Below are positions 63,521-64,000 of a stretch of DNA of 64,000 bases, piece by piece. Under the pieces are notes generated by a model. The model ran no database searches. It was not told the DNA's origin and saw only the letters and a program-made list of their open reading frames with translations. Position numbers and translations under genes: made by a program. Every line of letters starts with the position of its first letter. Within the stretch, counting starts at the first letter, position 1. Source of the stretch: Lama glama (Eukaryota); contig CM052816.1 of the NCBI GenBank assembly GCA_028534125.1, positions 44,394,001 to 44,458,000 on the forward strand, in the 5' to 3' direction.

Positions 63521-64000
63521 AAAATGTGGCATTATATATTGATGGTGAATACTCAGTATTTTTGCATCTTTAATTGAAAGTAAAAACATTATAACTTAAG
63601 TTGTATTGCTCTGATCCGAACCAATAGTGTTTAAAATGAAAAAGTCCCTCCTTTTTTGTTGCTTTAAAAAATAAAAAAAAACCAATCATCCTAATCTATT
63701 TAAGTCTCTAATGTTTGATAACAGCTACATAAAACTCAGGGGCTTATTTTATGAAAGCAGTCATTAATTACAAAATACTGGTGTGATATGTTTAATGACT
63801 GTAGGTATATTCAGGAATTTTATTTCTTCTATACAAATAAACTAAATTTTGTTCTAGGAAAAGCATAAAATTAATCTATATTCTTATGTTTTGGGAATTT
63901 CTAAAATATTTTATTCTTCTCCAACTGTGCTTGTATCACTGTTGTCATTTATAATGTTTACTTGTGTTCTCTCTCTAGATTATCCTGTATTTTCCCAGAA

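Overview
AT-rich, CpG-depleted placental-mammal genomic DNA, intronic or intergenic in character. It is not prokaryotic, and I see no CRISPR array, rRNA or tRNA. Roughly half the window is degenerate interspersed repeat: old L1M-type LINEs, HAL1, L2, MIR, MaLR/ERVL/ERV1 solo LTRs, and Tigger and hAT DNA transposons, often nested several layers deep with readable target-site duplications (TSDs). The youngest L1 3' ends are of cetartiodactyl type, and I saw no ruminant, pig or whale SINEs, so a camelid is the best guess (moderate confidence). I cannot identify any intact protein-coding gene; the supplied ORFs are L1/LTR remnants or chance frames. The best leads lie in unique sequence: (1) a ~230-bp, ~80%-identical inverted duplication (47296-47524 vs 57271-57507) whose left arm carries an exon-like unit; (2) a pair of frame-preserving micro-exon candidates (18 and 42 nt) near 56.8 kb, with further plus-strand splice signals to the window end; (3) five STAT-type TTCYNRGAA sites in the last 3 kb. 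Repeat subfamily names come from recall of consensus sequences, and boundaries without a TSD are approximate.
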